A stretch of DNA of 64,000 nucleotides from Dehalococcoidia bacterium. GTDB taxonomy: Bacteria; Chloroflexota; Dehalococcoidia; Bin125. Shown in pieces: positions 8,683 through 17,242 of this stretch (within the stretch, counting starts at the first letter, position 1; every line of letters begins with the position of its first letter). Location: the NCBI GenBank assembly GCA_965200625.1, contig OZ241375.1:1896087-1960086 (forward strand). The letters are read 5' to 3'. Under the pieces are notes generated by a model. The model saw nothing but the letters and a program-made list of their open reading frames with translations, did no database searches and had not been told where the DNA came from. The translations under genes were made by a program, and so were the position numbers.

Positions 8683-10005
8683 TCAGTTGGGGTGGAAATC
8701 CGCGACCCGCTCGCGCAGCGCGTCTTGCTGCGAGAACGGTCCGACGACGGCGGCGGCGAGGTTGTCCTCGCGCACGATCCGTTGGGCGACGCGCTGGATC
8801 TCGGCGGCGGTCACGGACTCGTAGCCCGCGATTGTTTCCTCGACCTGCTCGATCGTCCCGTTGGCGAGCAGCATCCCGCCGGCGCGGTGGCACCAGCTGG
8901 CGGCCGCGTCCAGACCCAGCCGGAAGGAGCCGATCGCGTGTTCCCGCACGCGCTCCAGTTCTTCCGCCGCGACCGGCTTCGCCGCCATCCGCTGCAACTC
9001 CTCGAGCGCGACGTCGACCGTTTCCAGGATGTGCTCGGCGGTGACGCCCGCCATGATGGTCAGATGCCCGGCGTCGGCGAATGCGGACGGATGCGAGCCG
9101 ACCGAGTAGGCGAGTCCGCGCTTCTCGCGGATCTCGGTGAAGAGGCGCGAGCTCATACCGCCGCCGAGCACCTCGTTCATCAGCGCCAGCGCGTAGCGAT
9201 CCGGGTCGAGGCGCGAGATCGCGCGGAGCGCCAGCGCCAGATTGCACTGTTCCAGATCGCGCGGTTCGACCTGCGTGAGTTCAGATGACATCGCGTCGGC
9301 GGCGCGCAGCCGCGCGGGGATGGAGGCGAGCGCCCCCGCCGGCCAGCCGTCGGCCCAGTGCCGCTCCGCCAGCTCCAATACCTGCTCGCGGCCGACGTTG
9401 CCGGCGACCGAGAGCACGATGTTGGCGGGGCGGTACCAGGTCTCGATGTGGGCGGCGAGGTGGTCGCGGGTGATCGCGTCGACCGAGTCGAGGTCGCCGG
9501 CGATCTCCCAGCCCAGCGGCTGCTCGCCGTAGGCGGCCTGGGTGAGCAGCTGGCCGACGCGCTGGCCGGGCTGATCGTGGGCGCGGCGGATTTCGGAGCA
9601 GATCACCGTGCGCTCGCGCTCGATCTCCGCCTCCGCCAAGAGCGAGTGGCGGACGGAGTCGGCGAGCACGTCCATCGCCAGCGGGAGCCGATCGAAGGGC
9701 ACCCGATTCCAGTAGCAGGTCAGCTCGCGCGAGGTGAAGGCGTTGAGCGAGCCGCCGGCGCCCTCAATCGCGGCCGAGATCGCGGTCGGCTCCGGGCGCG
9801 AGGCCGTGCCTTTGAAGAGCATGTGCTCGAGGTAGTGGGAGAGGCCCAGCGTCGCGCGCGCCTCATCGCGCGAGCCGACGCCGACGTAGGCCGCGAGGAC
9901 GGCCGCCTGCGAGTGGGGAATGGCGGTGACCACAACGCGCAGGCCGTTGGCCAGAACATCAATTGTCGGTTCGACGGAGGCGGCGGGGGTGGAGGCGTGA
10001 GGCAT
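8683..10005 (-). CDS. M16-family (pitrilysin/insulinase-like) zinc peptidase
   Basis: HYLEHMLFKGT (HxxEH zinc motif). ATG at 10005 chosen; the ORF-track start 10062 is a TTG that would run into the upstream tandem repeats. Confidence 0.8.
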   Translation of the reverse strand: MPHASTPAASVEPTIDVLANGLRVVVTAIPHSQAAVLAAYVGVGSRDEARATLGLSHYLEHMLFKGTASRPEPTAISAAIEGAGGSLNAFTSRELTCYWNRVPFDRLPLAMDVLADSVRHSLLAEAEIERERTVICSEIRRAHDQPGQRVGQLLTQAAYGEQPLGWEIAGDLDSVDAITRDHLAAHIETWYRPANIVLSVAGNVGREQVLELAERHWADGWPAGALASIPARLRAADAMSSELTQVEPRDLEQCNLALALRAISRLDPDRYALALMNEVLGGGMSSRLFTEIREKRGLAYSVGSHPSAFADAGHLTIMAGVTAEHILETVDVALEELQRMAAKPVAAEELERVREHAIGSFRLGLDAAASWCHRAGGMLLANGTIEQVEETIAGYESVTAAEIQRVAQRIVREDNLAAAVVGPFSQQDALRERVADFHPN

Positions 10006-10053
10006 AGCAGGTTCAGCATAGACCGCGCCTCGATATGCTCGCTTCAGTATCAG

Positions 10054-10118
10054 GTCAGCCAAACGGGTCAGCGGGACAAGTCAGCGGGACAAGTCAGCGG
10101 GACAAGGCCGCGGGACGG
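10054..10118. repeat. 13-bp tandem repeat (GTCAGCGGGACAA x3 perfect, plus 2 degenerate flanking copies) in a divergent promoter region
   Basis: Seen directly between the M16 peptidase gene (-) and the hypothetical gene (+). Confidence 0.85.
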
Positions 10119-10126
10119 GGCAGTCG

Positions 10127-10972
10127 ATGCAGGCCTTCGTCTCGGCGCGCTATCAGTATCACTGGGCTCCGCTGACCGGCTGCCTCACGGCGCAGTTGGC
10201 GCAGATCGAGGCGGAGTTCCCGAGCCACATCATTGGCGCGGTCACCGGGATCGCCTATCAGCCGCCGCAGGACGCGGAGCTGCCCGCTCCGCTGGCGGAC
10301 GGTCTGCGGGCGCTGGGCGTTGCGGCGAAGGTGAGCGTGGTGTCACTGCCCAACCGTTGGCAGCGGTTTCGTCAGCGCCGGCGCATCCGTCGGGAGCTGC
10401 TCGCCGACCGCGCCGTGACCGCTTACGGCGTCGGCGTCTCCGCGTTTGGTCCGGCCTGGGGGCTGATCGTCGGCTTCGACGACGAGCGCCGCGCCTGGCG
10501 CCGCGACGGGCCGATGACGGAGCAGGTGTCGCCCTGGTTGGCGGAGGTGGAGTTCGACGCGGCTGCAGTCCAGGCAGTCCAGATCGTGATCACGGCGCGG
10601 CGCGTCGGCGCGGCCGACGACGGGCAGGTCGAGCGCGTCGCGCAGGCGGCGTTTGCGGGAGCGCTTGCGCGGGCGCGGAGCGATCTGCGCGGACGGATTG
10701 AGCAATTGGAGAGCGCCGTCGAGCTCGAGCCGCAGCGCCATGCGCACGAGATGCAGACGCTCGCCGCCAACTGGGGCGAGGCAGCGGCCTTCTGGCGCGC
10801 GGTGCCGCATTTCGAGTACACGCCCGCTGCGCAGCAGATCGCGGTGACGCTCTCCCGCTGCGCCACGCTGTTTCCCTATCCGATGGGCGGGCAGCCCAAT
10901 CATCCCGGCGTCCGCACGACCGCTGTCCACATTCTCCAGCGGGCTGCCGACGCTCTGCCGCCTGCCCATTGA
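10127..10972 (+). CDS. Hypothetical protein (possible papain-like/BtrH-N-like fold, very tentative)
   Basis: 281 aa, no strong motif. N-terminal TGCLTAQLAQI and later GLIVGFDD resemble the Cys and xVVVGYDD blocks of C39/BtrH-like peptidases, but the expected His is not evident. Confidence 0.45.
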   Translation: MQAFVSARYQYHWAPLTGCLTAQLAQIEAEFPSHIIGAVTGIAYQPPQDAELPAPLADGLRALGVAAKVSVVSLPNRWQRFRQRRRIRRELLADRAVTAYGVGVSAFGPAWGLIVGFDDERRAWRRDGPMTEQVSPWLAEVEFDAAAVQAVQIVITARRVGAADDGQVERVAQAAFAGALARARSDLRGRIEQLESAVELEPQRHAHEMQTLAANWGEAAAFWRAVPHFEYTPAAQQIAVTLSRCATLFPYPMGGQPNHPGVRTTAVHILQRAADALPPAH

Positions 10973-11006
10973 TACACTCCCTACGAACCAAGCCCCGGAG
11001 ACCTGC

Positions 11007-11300
11007 ATGGCTATCAGCGTCAAACTGTTCATGACCCTTGTCCCGCTCTCGAAGTCGAAGCAGGGCACCCTTGCCGTCGACTGGTTCGACGGCATCACCG
11101 CTCAGCACATCCTGGAGGCGGAGGAATTTTCGCCCCAGGATCAGGAGGCGATCGCGGTGGTGATCAACTCCGTCCAGGCGCAGCCCGACGATCCGCTCAA
11201 GGATGGCGACCAGGTTGATCTGCTGGTCAACCTGCAGGGTGGACACGATGGCGAGGGCGGACAGGGGACAGCGGGGATGGATTGCGGGGCTCGTGAGTAG
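11007..11300 (+). CDS. ThiS/MoaD-like ubiquitin-fold sulfur-carrier-type protein with C-terminal extension past Gly-Gly
   Basis: ...AVVINSVQAQPDDPLKDGDQVDLLVNLQGG matches the MoaD/ThiS C-terminal signature, followed by 18 extra residues (HDGEGGQGTAGMDCGARE). 3' end overlaps the pyrG start. Confidence 0.6.
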   Translation: MAISVKLFMTLVPLSKSKQGTLAVDWFDGITAQHILEAEEFSPQDQEAIAVVINSVQAQPDDPLKDGDQVDLLVNLQGGHDGEGGQGTAGMDCGARE

Positions 11301-12975
11301 CGACGATTCGACTCCGAAGTACATCTTCATCACCGGCGGGGTGATCTCCTCCGTCGGCAAGGGCATCACCACCGCCGCGCTGGGCCGACTGCTCCAGTCG
11401 CGCGGCCTTTCCGTCACCGTCCAGAAGCTGGATCCTTATCTCAATGTCGATCCGGGCACGATGTCGCCCTACCAGCACGGCGAGGTCTACGTCACCGACG
11501 ACGGCGCGGAGACTGACCTTGACCTCGGGCATTATGAGCGCTTCCTCGATCAGAACCTGACCGCCGCCTCGTCCGTGACGATGGGGCAGATTTCGGCGGA
11601 GGTGATCGAGCGGGAGCGGCGCGGCGACTATCTCGGCGGCACGATCCAGACCGTTCCCCACGTCACCGATTTGATCAAGGAGCGCGTGCGCGGGCTGGCG
11701 CGGCGGGAAGGCGTGGACGTGCTGATTGTTGAGGTCGGCGGGACGGTGGGCGACATTGAGGGGCAGGCGTTTCTGGAGGCGATCCGCCAGATGCGCTACG
11801 AGGAGCCGCGCGACGGGACGCTGGCGATCCACGTCACGCCGCTCTTTCATCTCAAGGCGACCGACGAGTTGAAGACCAAGCCGACGCAGCACTCGGTGCG
11901 CACCCTGCGCAGCATGGGCATCCAGCCGGACATCATCATCTCGCGCACGGATATTCCCGCCGACTACTCGATCACCAAGAAGCTGGCGCTCTTCTGCGAC
12001 GTCCCGGCGGACGCAGTGATGACGCTGGAGACGGCGGCCTCGATCTACCACGTGCCGGCGATGCTGGAGCAGGCGGGGTTGACGGATCTGACCCTTGAGC
12101 GGCTCGGGCTGAGCCCCAAACCGTGCTCGCCGGAGCGCTCCTTTGATCACTGGCTCGACTGGACTGATCGTCTGGCCCGGACTGACCGCGTCTGCCGGGT
12201 GGCGATTGTGGGCAAGTATGTGGAGCTGCGCGATGCGTATCTGTCGGTCAAGGAGGCGCTGATCCACGCTGCGGCGCAGCGTGGGGCCAGCGTGGATCTC
12301 ACCTGGATTCAGTCGGATCAGCTTGATCAGGCGGATCAGCCGGAGATCGCCGCGGCGTTGGCCGACGTGGACGGGGTGATCGTGCCGGGCGGCTTTGGCG
12401 AGCGGGGGATTGAGGGTGAGGTCGGCGTCGCCTGCTTTGCGCTGGAGCAGGGCATTCCCTATCTCGGTCTCTGTCGGGGGATGCAGAACATGGTCATCGC
12501 CTTTGCACGCCAGCGGCTCGATCTGCCCCGCGCGAACACGACCGAGGCGGACGCGGAGACGGACGCTCCGGTGATCGCGCTGCTCGACGAGCAGCGCGAG
12601 CTGACCCAGCTGGGCGGGACCATGCGGTTGGGCAAGTACGCCTGCCAGCTGCGGCCCGAATCCCGCGCCCGGGCGCTCTATCAGGCGGACTCTACTTCCG
12701 AGCGGCACCGTCACCGCTGGGAGTTCAATCCCCGCTACCGCGACCGCTTCGAGCGCGCGGGTTTGCTCGCCAGCGGCGCCTCGCGCGATGGGGCGCTGGT
12801 GGAGATTGCGGAAGTCTGCGATCACCCCTTCATGCTTGGCTCCCAATTTCACCCCGAGCTCAAGTCCCGCCCGGAGCGTTCCCACCCGCTCTTCCTCGGC
12901 TTTATTGACGCTGCCCTGGCCGAGTCCGAGACGGCGCTGCGCCATCCCGTGGGCGCGACCGACCCAGCCAGCTGA
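11293..12975 (+). CDS. pyrG: CTP synthase
   Basis: TPKYIFITGGVISSVGKG and a glutamine amidotransferase domain (GLCRGMQ). GTG 11293 chosen as start; an ATG at about 11248 immediately after the ThiS-like GG codons is an alternative. Confidence 0.9.
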   Translation: MSSDDSTPKYIFITGGVISSVGKGITTAALGRLLQSRGLSVTVQKLDPYLNVDPGTMSPYQHGEVYVTDDGAETDLDLGHYERFLDQNLTAASSVTMGQISAEVIERERRGDYLGGTIQTVPHVTDLIKERVRGLARREGVDVLIVEVGGTVGDIEGQAFLEAIRQMRYEEPRDGTLAIHVTPLFHLKATDELKTKPTQHSVRTLRSMGIQPDIIISRTDIPADYSITKKLALFCDVPADAVMTLETAASIYHVPAMLEQAGLTDLTLERLGLSPKPCSPERSFDHWLDWTDRLARTDRVCRVAIVGKYVELRDAYLSVKEALIHAAAQRGASVDLTWIQSDQLDQADQPEIAAALADVDGVIVPGGFGERGIEGEVGVACFALEQGIPYLGLCRGMQNMVIAFARQRLDLPRANTTEADAETDAPVIALLDEQRELTQLGGTMRLGKYACQLRPESRARALYQADSTSERHRHRWEFNPRYRDRFERAGLLASGASRDGALVEIAEVCDHPFMLGSQFHPELKSRPERSHPLFLGFIDAALAESETALRHPVGATDPAS

Positions 12976-12996
12976 TCCGCCGCCGACGATGAGCGC

Positions 12997-13479
12997 ATGA
13001 CCATGAGCGAGACCGAACTGTTCCGCTTCCTGACGACGCTGGCGGCGCTGGTCTACGGCGGCGGGGTTGCTGCGCTGACCCTTGCGCTGACCCGCGCCTG
13101 GCAAACTGATGACGCGGTTGAGCGCGACGTGCTCTTCCGCTCCGCCGATCGGGCGCACACGCGCTTGCTGCTGCCCGGGATTATCGCCACCGGCGTGTTG
13201 GGCGCGCTCTGGGGGATTCGCGCGGAGGGAGTTGATCCGATCAACACGGGCTGGCTGCTGGCGGTTGAGGTTCTCTACCTGGTCTCGCTCTTTGTGCTCG
13301 TGCCGGGGATGTTTGCCGGCGTGCGGCGGGTGCGGCTGCTCTCGCTGCAGGCGCGGAAGACCGGGCAGCTCTCGGCGGAACTGACCGACGCGCTCAATGA
13401 CCGCGGCCCGCTCGTCTTTGCGATCTTTATGTCCGTGCTTCTGCCCGTCCAGGCGGCGCTCGTTACAGTGCAGCCGTAG
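12997..13479 (+). CDS. Small integral membrane protein (DUF2269-like)
   Basis: 160 aa with about four predicted TM helices; no catalytic motif. Confidence 0.5.
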   Translation: MTMSETELFRFLTTLAALVYGGGVAALTLALTRAWQTDDAVERDVLFRSADRAHTRLLLPGIIATGVLGALWGIRAEGVDPINTGWLLAVEVLYLVSLFVLVPGMFAGVRRVRLLSLQARKTGQLSAELTDALNDRGPLVFAIFMSVLLPVQAALVTVQP

Positions 13480-13505
13480 CCCTCTGCCGAAAGACCCGAC
13501 CACTC

Positions 13506-14195
13506 ATGAAGATCTTCCTCGACACCGCCCGCCTCGACGAAATCCAGCAGGCCGTTGACTGGGGCGTCTGCGACGGCGTCACCACGAATCCGTCCCTGCA
13601 CGCGCGCGCGGTCGCGCATGAGGGCGCGGACGCGATTTCCTACTACGAACGCATCCGCCGCATCGCCGCGATCGTAGACGGCCCGATCTCGGCGGAGTGC
13701 GTCTCGCGGACGACCGATGAGTTGATCGGGGAGGCGCGTGAGCTGGCCGGCTGGCATCCGCGCGTTGTCGTCAAGATTCCCATTGACGGGCCCGGCCTGG
13801 CCGCGATCAAGGCGCTCTCGCAGGAGGGAATCCAGATCAACACCACCCTGATCTTCTCGCTCAACCAGGCGCTGCTCGCGGCGCGGGCGGGAGCTGCCTA
13901 CGTGTCGCCGTTTGTGGGCCGCCTGGACGACATCGGCGAGGACGGCATCCAGCTGGTCGCCGACACTGTCGACCTGCTCGACCGCTACATTCTTCCCGCG
14001 CAGGTGATTGCGGCCTCGCTGCGCCACACCGATCACACCGCCGCCGCGGCCCGTGTCGGGGCGCACATCGCCACGATCCCCTTCCCCGTGCTCGAACAGA
14101 TGCAGCGCCATCCGCTCACCGACAAGGGCATCCAGGCCTTCCTCGATGACTGGCATCAGGCGGAAACGCAGCTGCGGGCGCAGCCGGTGAGCTAG
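13506..14195 (+). CDS. tal: Transaldolase (short Fsa/TalC type)
   Basis: MKIFLDTARLDEIQQAVDWGVCDGVTTNPSL is the canonical N-terminus of short transaldolases / fructose-6-phosphate aldolase. Confidence 0.85.
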   Translation: MKIFLDTARLDEIQQAVDWGVCDGVTTNPSLHARAVAHEGADAISYYERIRRIAAIVDGPISAECVSRTTDELIGEARELAGWHPRVVVKIPIDGPGLAAIKALSQEGIQINTTLIFSLNQALLAARAGAAYVSPFVGRLDDIGEDGIQLVADTVDLLDRYILPAQVIAASLRHTDHTAAAARVGAHIATIPFPVLEQMQRHPLTDKGIQAFLDDWHQAETQLRAQPVS

Positions 14196-14484
14196 GCGAT
14201 TGAGGCAGTTGACCGATTACGGGTCTGGGCGCGGCGATGACGCCGAGCGTTAAATTGCTGACGATCGCGCTTGCCCATCCGCGAACCGCAGGGCTAGGAT
14301 TGGATCTGTCCGACTTGAGTTTGGCTGCCGCGCCCCGCGCCCGCGCAATTGACCGGCGCCGTCGAGCGCAGCAACCCTAACCCTGAGCGAGTACCCCGTT
14401 CCGCGCCGCGCACCCGGCGGCGCGTCCATGATGACTGCCGTCTCACCCCGCCCGATCCATGTGTATCCCTGACCGAGGTAGCCC
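14196..14484 (+). promoter_or_regulatory. Long 5' leader/promoter region of rho (probable autoregulatory leader)
   Basis: 289-bp non-coding, C-rich stretch immediately upstream of rho; rho genes typically carry long attenuating leaders. Confidence 0.3.
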
Positions 14485-15762
14485 ATGCCGAGCCTGAATA
14501 TCCCCGAACTGGAAACCTCCACCCGCGAGCAGCTGCTCGCCAAAGGCCGCGAAATGAATGTCAGCGGCCTCTCCGGACTGAAAAAGCAGGACATTGTCCT
14601 GCGCCTGTTGCAGGCGCAGTCCGAGGCCGAGGGGAACATCCTCTCGGGCGGCGTCCTCGAAGTCGTGGACGACTCCTACGGCTTCCTGCGCGGCGAGTCC
14701 CTGCTGCCCGCGCCGACCGATGTCTACGTCTCCCAGGGGCTCGTCCGCCGCTCCGGTCTGCGCACCGGCGACTACGTGATCGGCTCCGTCCGCCCGCCCA
14801 AGCAGGGCGAGAAGTATTACGGCCTCTCGCGCGTCGATCTCGTCAACGGCGTCAGCGCCGCCGAGGCCGCCGCCCGCCCCAACTTCGAGAACCTCACCGC
14901 CGTCTTCCCCCATCAACGCTTCGACCTCGAAACCGACGACCCCGCCGAACTCTCGGGCCGCGTGATCGACCTCGTCGCGCCGATGGGGCGCGGGCAGCGC
15001 GGGCTGATCGTCTCGCCGCCCAAAGCGGGCAAGACGATGCTGCTCCAGTCGCTCGCCAACGGCGTCACCTCCAACCATACCGAAGTCCACCTGATGGTCG
15101 TGCTGATCGGCGAGCGGCCTGAAGAGGTCACCGAGATGAAGCGCTCGGTGCGCGGCGAGGTGATCGCCTCCACCTTCGATGAGCCGGTTGAAGAGCACAC
15201 GCGCGTCGCCGAACTCGGCCTCGAACGCGCCAAGCGGCTGATGGAGATGGGCCGCGACGTGGTCATCCTGCTCGACTCGATCACGCGCCTGACGCGCGCC
15301 TACAACCTCGAGATGCCATCGACGGGGCGCACACTCTCCGGCGGCATCGACCCGGTCGCGCTCTACCCGCCCAAGCGCTTCTTCGGCTCCGCCCGCAAGG
15401 CGGAGGAGGGCGGCTCGCTGACGATCATCGCCACCTGCCTCGTCGATACCGGCTCGCGCCTGGACGATGTGGTCTTCGAGGAGTTCAAGGGCACGGGCAA
15501 CTGGGAGGTGCGGCTCGACCGCAAGCTGGCCGAGCGCCGCATCTACCCGGCGATCGACATCGCCGGCTCCTCGACGCGGCGCGAGGAGCTGCTGCTCTCG
15601 GGCGAGGAGCTGCAGCGCGTCTGGCTGCTGCGGCGGATGATGTCCGTGCTGGCGGGCTCCGGGGGCGGCGCGACCGAGCCGACGGAGCGGCTCCTGGACC
15701 GCCTCGCGCGGACGAAGTCGAACACGGAGTTCCTCGAGAATCTCACGGCGGCCGAGGCCTAG
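14485..15762 (+). CDS. rho: Transcription termination factor Rho
   Basis: N-terminal domain [17 protein letters not shown] and RecA-like core [20 protein letters not shown]. Confidence 0.95.
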   Translation: MPSLNIPELETSTREQLLAKGREMNVSGLSGLKKQDIVLRLLQAQSEAEGNILSGGVLEVVDDSYGFLRGESLLPAPTDVYVSQGLVRRSGLRTGDYVIGSVRPPKQGEKYYGLSRVDLVNGVSAAEAAARPNFENLTAVFPHQRFDLETDDPAELSGRVIDLVAPMGRGQRGLIVSPPKAGKTMLLQSLANGVTSNHTEVHLMVVLIGERPEEVTEMKRSVRGEVIASTFDEPVEEHTRVAELGLERAKRLMEMGRDVVILLDSITRLTRAYNLEMPSTGRTLSGGIDPVALYPPKRFFGSARKAEEGGSLTIIATCLVDTGSRLDDVVFEEFKGTGNWEVRLDRKLAERRIYPAIDIAGSSTRREELLLSGEELQRVWLLRRMMSVLAGSGGGATEPTERLLDRLARTKSNTEFLENLTAAEA

Positions 15763-15795
15763 ACTGCCTGGACGACGTGGGGAGCCTTGCGCGGC

Positions 15796-15848
15796 TCCCC
15801 CCCTTAGTCCCTTCGGGACAGCTGCCCTAAAGGGGGAGCTCTGGGATG
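15796..15848. repeat. Solo copy of palindromic repeat motif (CCCCCCTTAGTCCCTTCGGGACAGCTGCCCTAAAGGGGGAG)
   Basis: Variant of the CCCCTTCAGTCGCTCCGCGACAGCTTCCCCCC...GGGGGG hairpin motif found in the other repeat regions. Confidence 0.6.
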
Positions 15849-15880
15849 GCCGCGGCGAGAGTTTTTTGCGGAGTGCGATC

Positions 15881-16816
15881 ATGGCCTCAGTTGAAACTGT
15901 GCTTGGACCGATTGCGGCTGGCGATCTGGGTTTCACGCTGTCGCATGAGCATGTGGCGATTACGCCCAGCGTGATTACGCAGCACTATCCGTGGCTGATC
16001 GACAAGGATGCGGTTCTGGCGCGGGCGATTGAGGAGTTGACGGAGGCGAAGCAGGGGGGCGTTGACTCGTTGATTGAGCTTTCCACCCCGGATCTCAACC
16101 GCGACGTTGAGGCGATGCGCACCGCCTCCGAAGCGTCGGGCGTCAACATTGTCTGCGCGACGGGCATCTGGCGCGATCCTCCGCGTTGGCTGTGGGACAA
16201 GCATCCGGACGCGATCGCTGACATCTTTGTCCGCGAGATCGAGGTCGGGATTGCCGATACGGGGATCAAGGCCGGCGTGATCAAGGTCGCCAACGACGCG
16301 GAGGGCGTGACGCCGCAGGGCGAACTGATCCTCCGCGCCGCGGCGCGGACGTGCAAGCGCACCGGCACGCCGATCTCGACGCACCACTGGGCGCCGCTGG
16401 AGGTCGGCCGTCGGCAGGCCGAGATTTTCCAGGAGGAATCCGCGCCGATGGATCGCATCTGCATTGGGCACACCGCCGACACGGTCAACGCGGACTACAT
16501 CGAAGACCTGCTCAAGACTGGCGTCTACATCTCGATGGATCGCTATCCCGGGCCGGAGGACGGCGCGGAGCGCCCGAACTGGGTGGCGCGCAACGAGACG
16601 GTCAAGGAGCTGATCCGGCGCGGCTGGGCGGACAAGCTGATGCTCGGCCACGACTACGCGGCCTTCCCGGGGTCGCCGCGCGACTATCCCACGCGCTACC
16701 TCTTCCTGACGACGACCGCAATCCCGGCGCTGCTCGCCGACGGCGTGCCGCCGGAGACGATTGACCAGATGATGCGGGAGGTCCCGCGCGAGTTCCTCAG
16801 CGGCGAATCGAACTGA
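15881..16816 (+). CDS. Phosphotriesterase-family (PTE/PHP) metal-dependent hydrolase
   Basis: GFTLSHEHV N-terminal metal-binding motif and TIM-barrel amidohydrolase pattern. ATG at 15881; the ORF-track start 15866 is TTG. Confidence 0.8.
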   Translation: MASVETVLGPIAAGDLGFTLSHEHVAITPSVITQHYPWLIDKDAVLARAIEELTEAKQGGVDSLIELSTPDLNRDVEAMRTASEASGVNIVCATGIWRDPPRWLWDKHPDAIADIFVREIEVGIADTGIKAGVIKVANDAEGVTPQGELILRAAARTCKRTGTPISTHHWAPLEVGRRQAEIFQEESAPMDRICIGHTADTVNADYIEDLLKTGVYISMDRYPGPEDGAERPNWVARNETVKELIRRGWADKLMLGHDYAAFPGSPRDYPTRYLFLTTTAIPALLADGVPPETIDQMMREVPREFLSGESN

Positions 16817-16838
16817 GCAGATTGGGCAAGGCGATCCC

Positions 16839-17231
16839 ATGAACCGCGATGACGTCGCCGATCTCTGCGAGTCGCTGGCCGGAGCCTGGCCCGACTCGCC
16901 CTGGGGCGAGGACGATCTGGTCTACAAGCTGGGCAATCGCAACGCCGAGGGCAAGGGTGGGAAGATCTTCTGCTTCCTCGGCGGGGGCACGACCGAAGGC
17001 GCGCCGCAGGCGATCTCGCTCAAGGCCGACCCCGCGATCGTCCCCGCCCTGCACCAGCGCTACCAGGCGGTCTCGTCCCCGCGCTACCTGAACAAGTCGC
17101 ACTGGGTGATGATCACGCTCGAAGCCGACCTCCCCGACGACGAGCTCGAAGAACTGATCCTCGACTCCTACGACCGAATCCTGAGCGCATTCAGCAAGCG
17201 CCAACAACGCCTCATCCGCGGCGAGGCGTAG
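16839..17231 (+). CDS. MmcQ/YjbR-family putative DNA-binding protein
   Basis: 130 aa, small-protein pattern of the MmcQ/YjbR family. Confidence 0.55.
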   Translation: MNRDDVADLCESLAGAWPDSPWGEDDLVYKLGNRNAEGKGGKIFCFLGGGTTEGAPQAISLKADPAIVPALHQRYQAVSSPRYLNKSHWVMITLEADLPDDELEELILDSYDRILSAFSKRQQRLIRGEA

Positions 17232-17242
17232 GCGGAGCGGCG

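Noticed and set aside
11227-13503. 758-aa ORF on the minus strand
   Set aside because: Arg/Ala/Gly-rich antisense shadow of pyrG and the membrane protein gene, typical of high-GC DNA, with no recognisable domains. The same applies to 34286-36868, 46261-47760, 48748-50847, 26599-27651 and 27689-28753.
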